Below, piece after piece: positions 63,332 through 64,000 of a stretch of DNA of 64,000 bases. The notes below the pieces were generated by a model. That model ran no database searches. It saw only the letters and a program-made list of their open reading frames with translations, and had not been told where the DNA came from. How positions within the stretch are numbered: the first letter of the stretch is position 1; the number at the start of each line of letters is the position of its first letter. The position numbers and the translations under genes were made by a program. Source of the DNA: the human T2T-CHM13v2.0 reference genome, Homo sapiens; assembly GCF_009914755.1 (NCBI RefSeq), contig NC_060943.1; one strand, 5' to 3'.

Positions 63332-64000
63332 GAGACAGTGTCTTGCTGAAGTGCAGTAGCCTGATCATAGCTCACAGCAGCCTCAAACTTTGAGGCTCAA
63401 GTGATCCTCCTGCCTCAGCCTCCTGACTAGCTGAGACTATAGGTACACACCACCTCTCCAGGCTAATTCTAAACAAAGATGTATGGAGTTGGGAGGGTCT
63501 CACTTCACTGCTCAGGGTGATCTCCAACTTCTGTCTTCAAGTGCTCCTCCCACTTTGGCCTCCCAAAATGTTGGGATTACAGGCGTGAGCCATGGTATCC
63601 GGCCTCCCAGGCTGTTGTTGAAAGGTTTTTGCAATCTCTCAGAGTTATGCAGCAGTTTATTCCCTCACAGTGATACTCTCATCCTTTGACCCCATTTTGC
63701 AGCAGTGGTTGAGCGTTCACTTTTCTTTCCATAAGGGGGTGAGCTTGCCGGTGACTCTCTTCCCCCTCCTCATCAATGACTTCTTTGTCATCAGAGCCTT
63801 CCTCTTCATAAATTCCCACGGAATCCAAGTTTTCACGTCCCAATCGGGCTTAGTTATGATAGCCACAGGCCCACACCAGCTGCCACAGCACCCCCGTCCC
63901 ATGGAAACCGCCCGACTCTCTTCTCCCCAAGCGTCCTGTCCCGGGAGCCCCCATCTCTGCTCTCCCGGGCTCCGGGCCCTAGATCCGCGCTGCTGTAGAG

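Overview
Human genomic DNA (an AluYa5 is present), recognisable as part of the 19p13.2 KRAB zinc-finger cluster. It holds the KRAB-A, KRAB-B and finger exons of a gene I recognise as ZNF69 (exon 1 lies upstream of the window) and the complete 4-exon ZNF700 CDS (742 aa). The window is essentially two diverged copies of one tandem duplication unit (about 1-23,720 vs about 34,550-64,000). Each unit carries an intron with a MER85, KRAB-ZNF exons, a vomeronasal type-2 receptor (V2R) pseudogene exon on the minus strand, old LTR pieces and an ERV-L-type remnant leading to the next ZNF promoter. Copy-specific insertions are a 5.6-kb L1PA splitting the ZNF69 finger array, two 5'-truncated L1s, a solo LTR12C, an internally deleted HERV-E-type provirus, an LTR10-like solo LTR and many Alus. 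I found no wholly new biological system. The most notable signals are L1-driven truncation of a finger array, a candidate Alu-exonised KRAB-only isoform, two apparent gene-conversion tracts, block-wise finger duplication scars and ZNF/V2R co-duplication. Gene and subfamily names are from memory of sequences, not from database searches.
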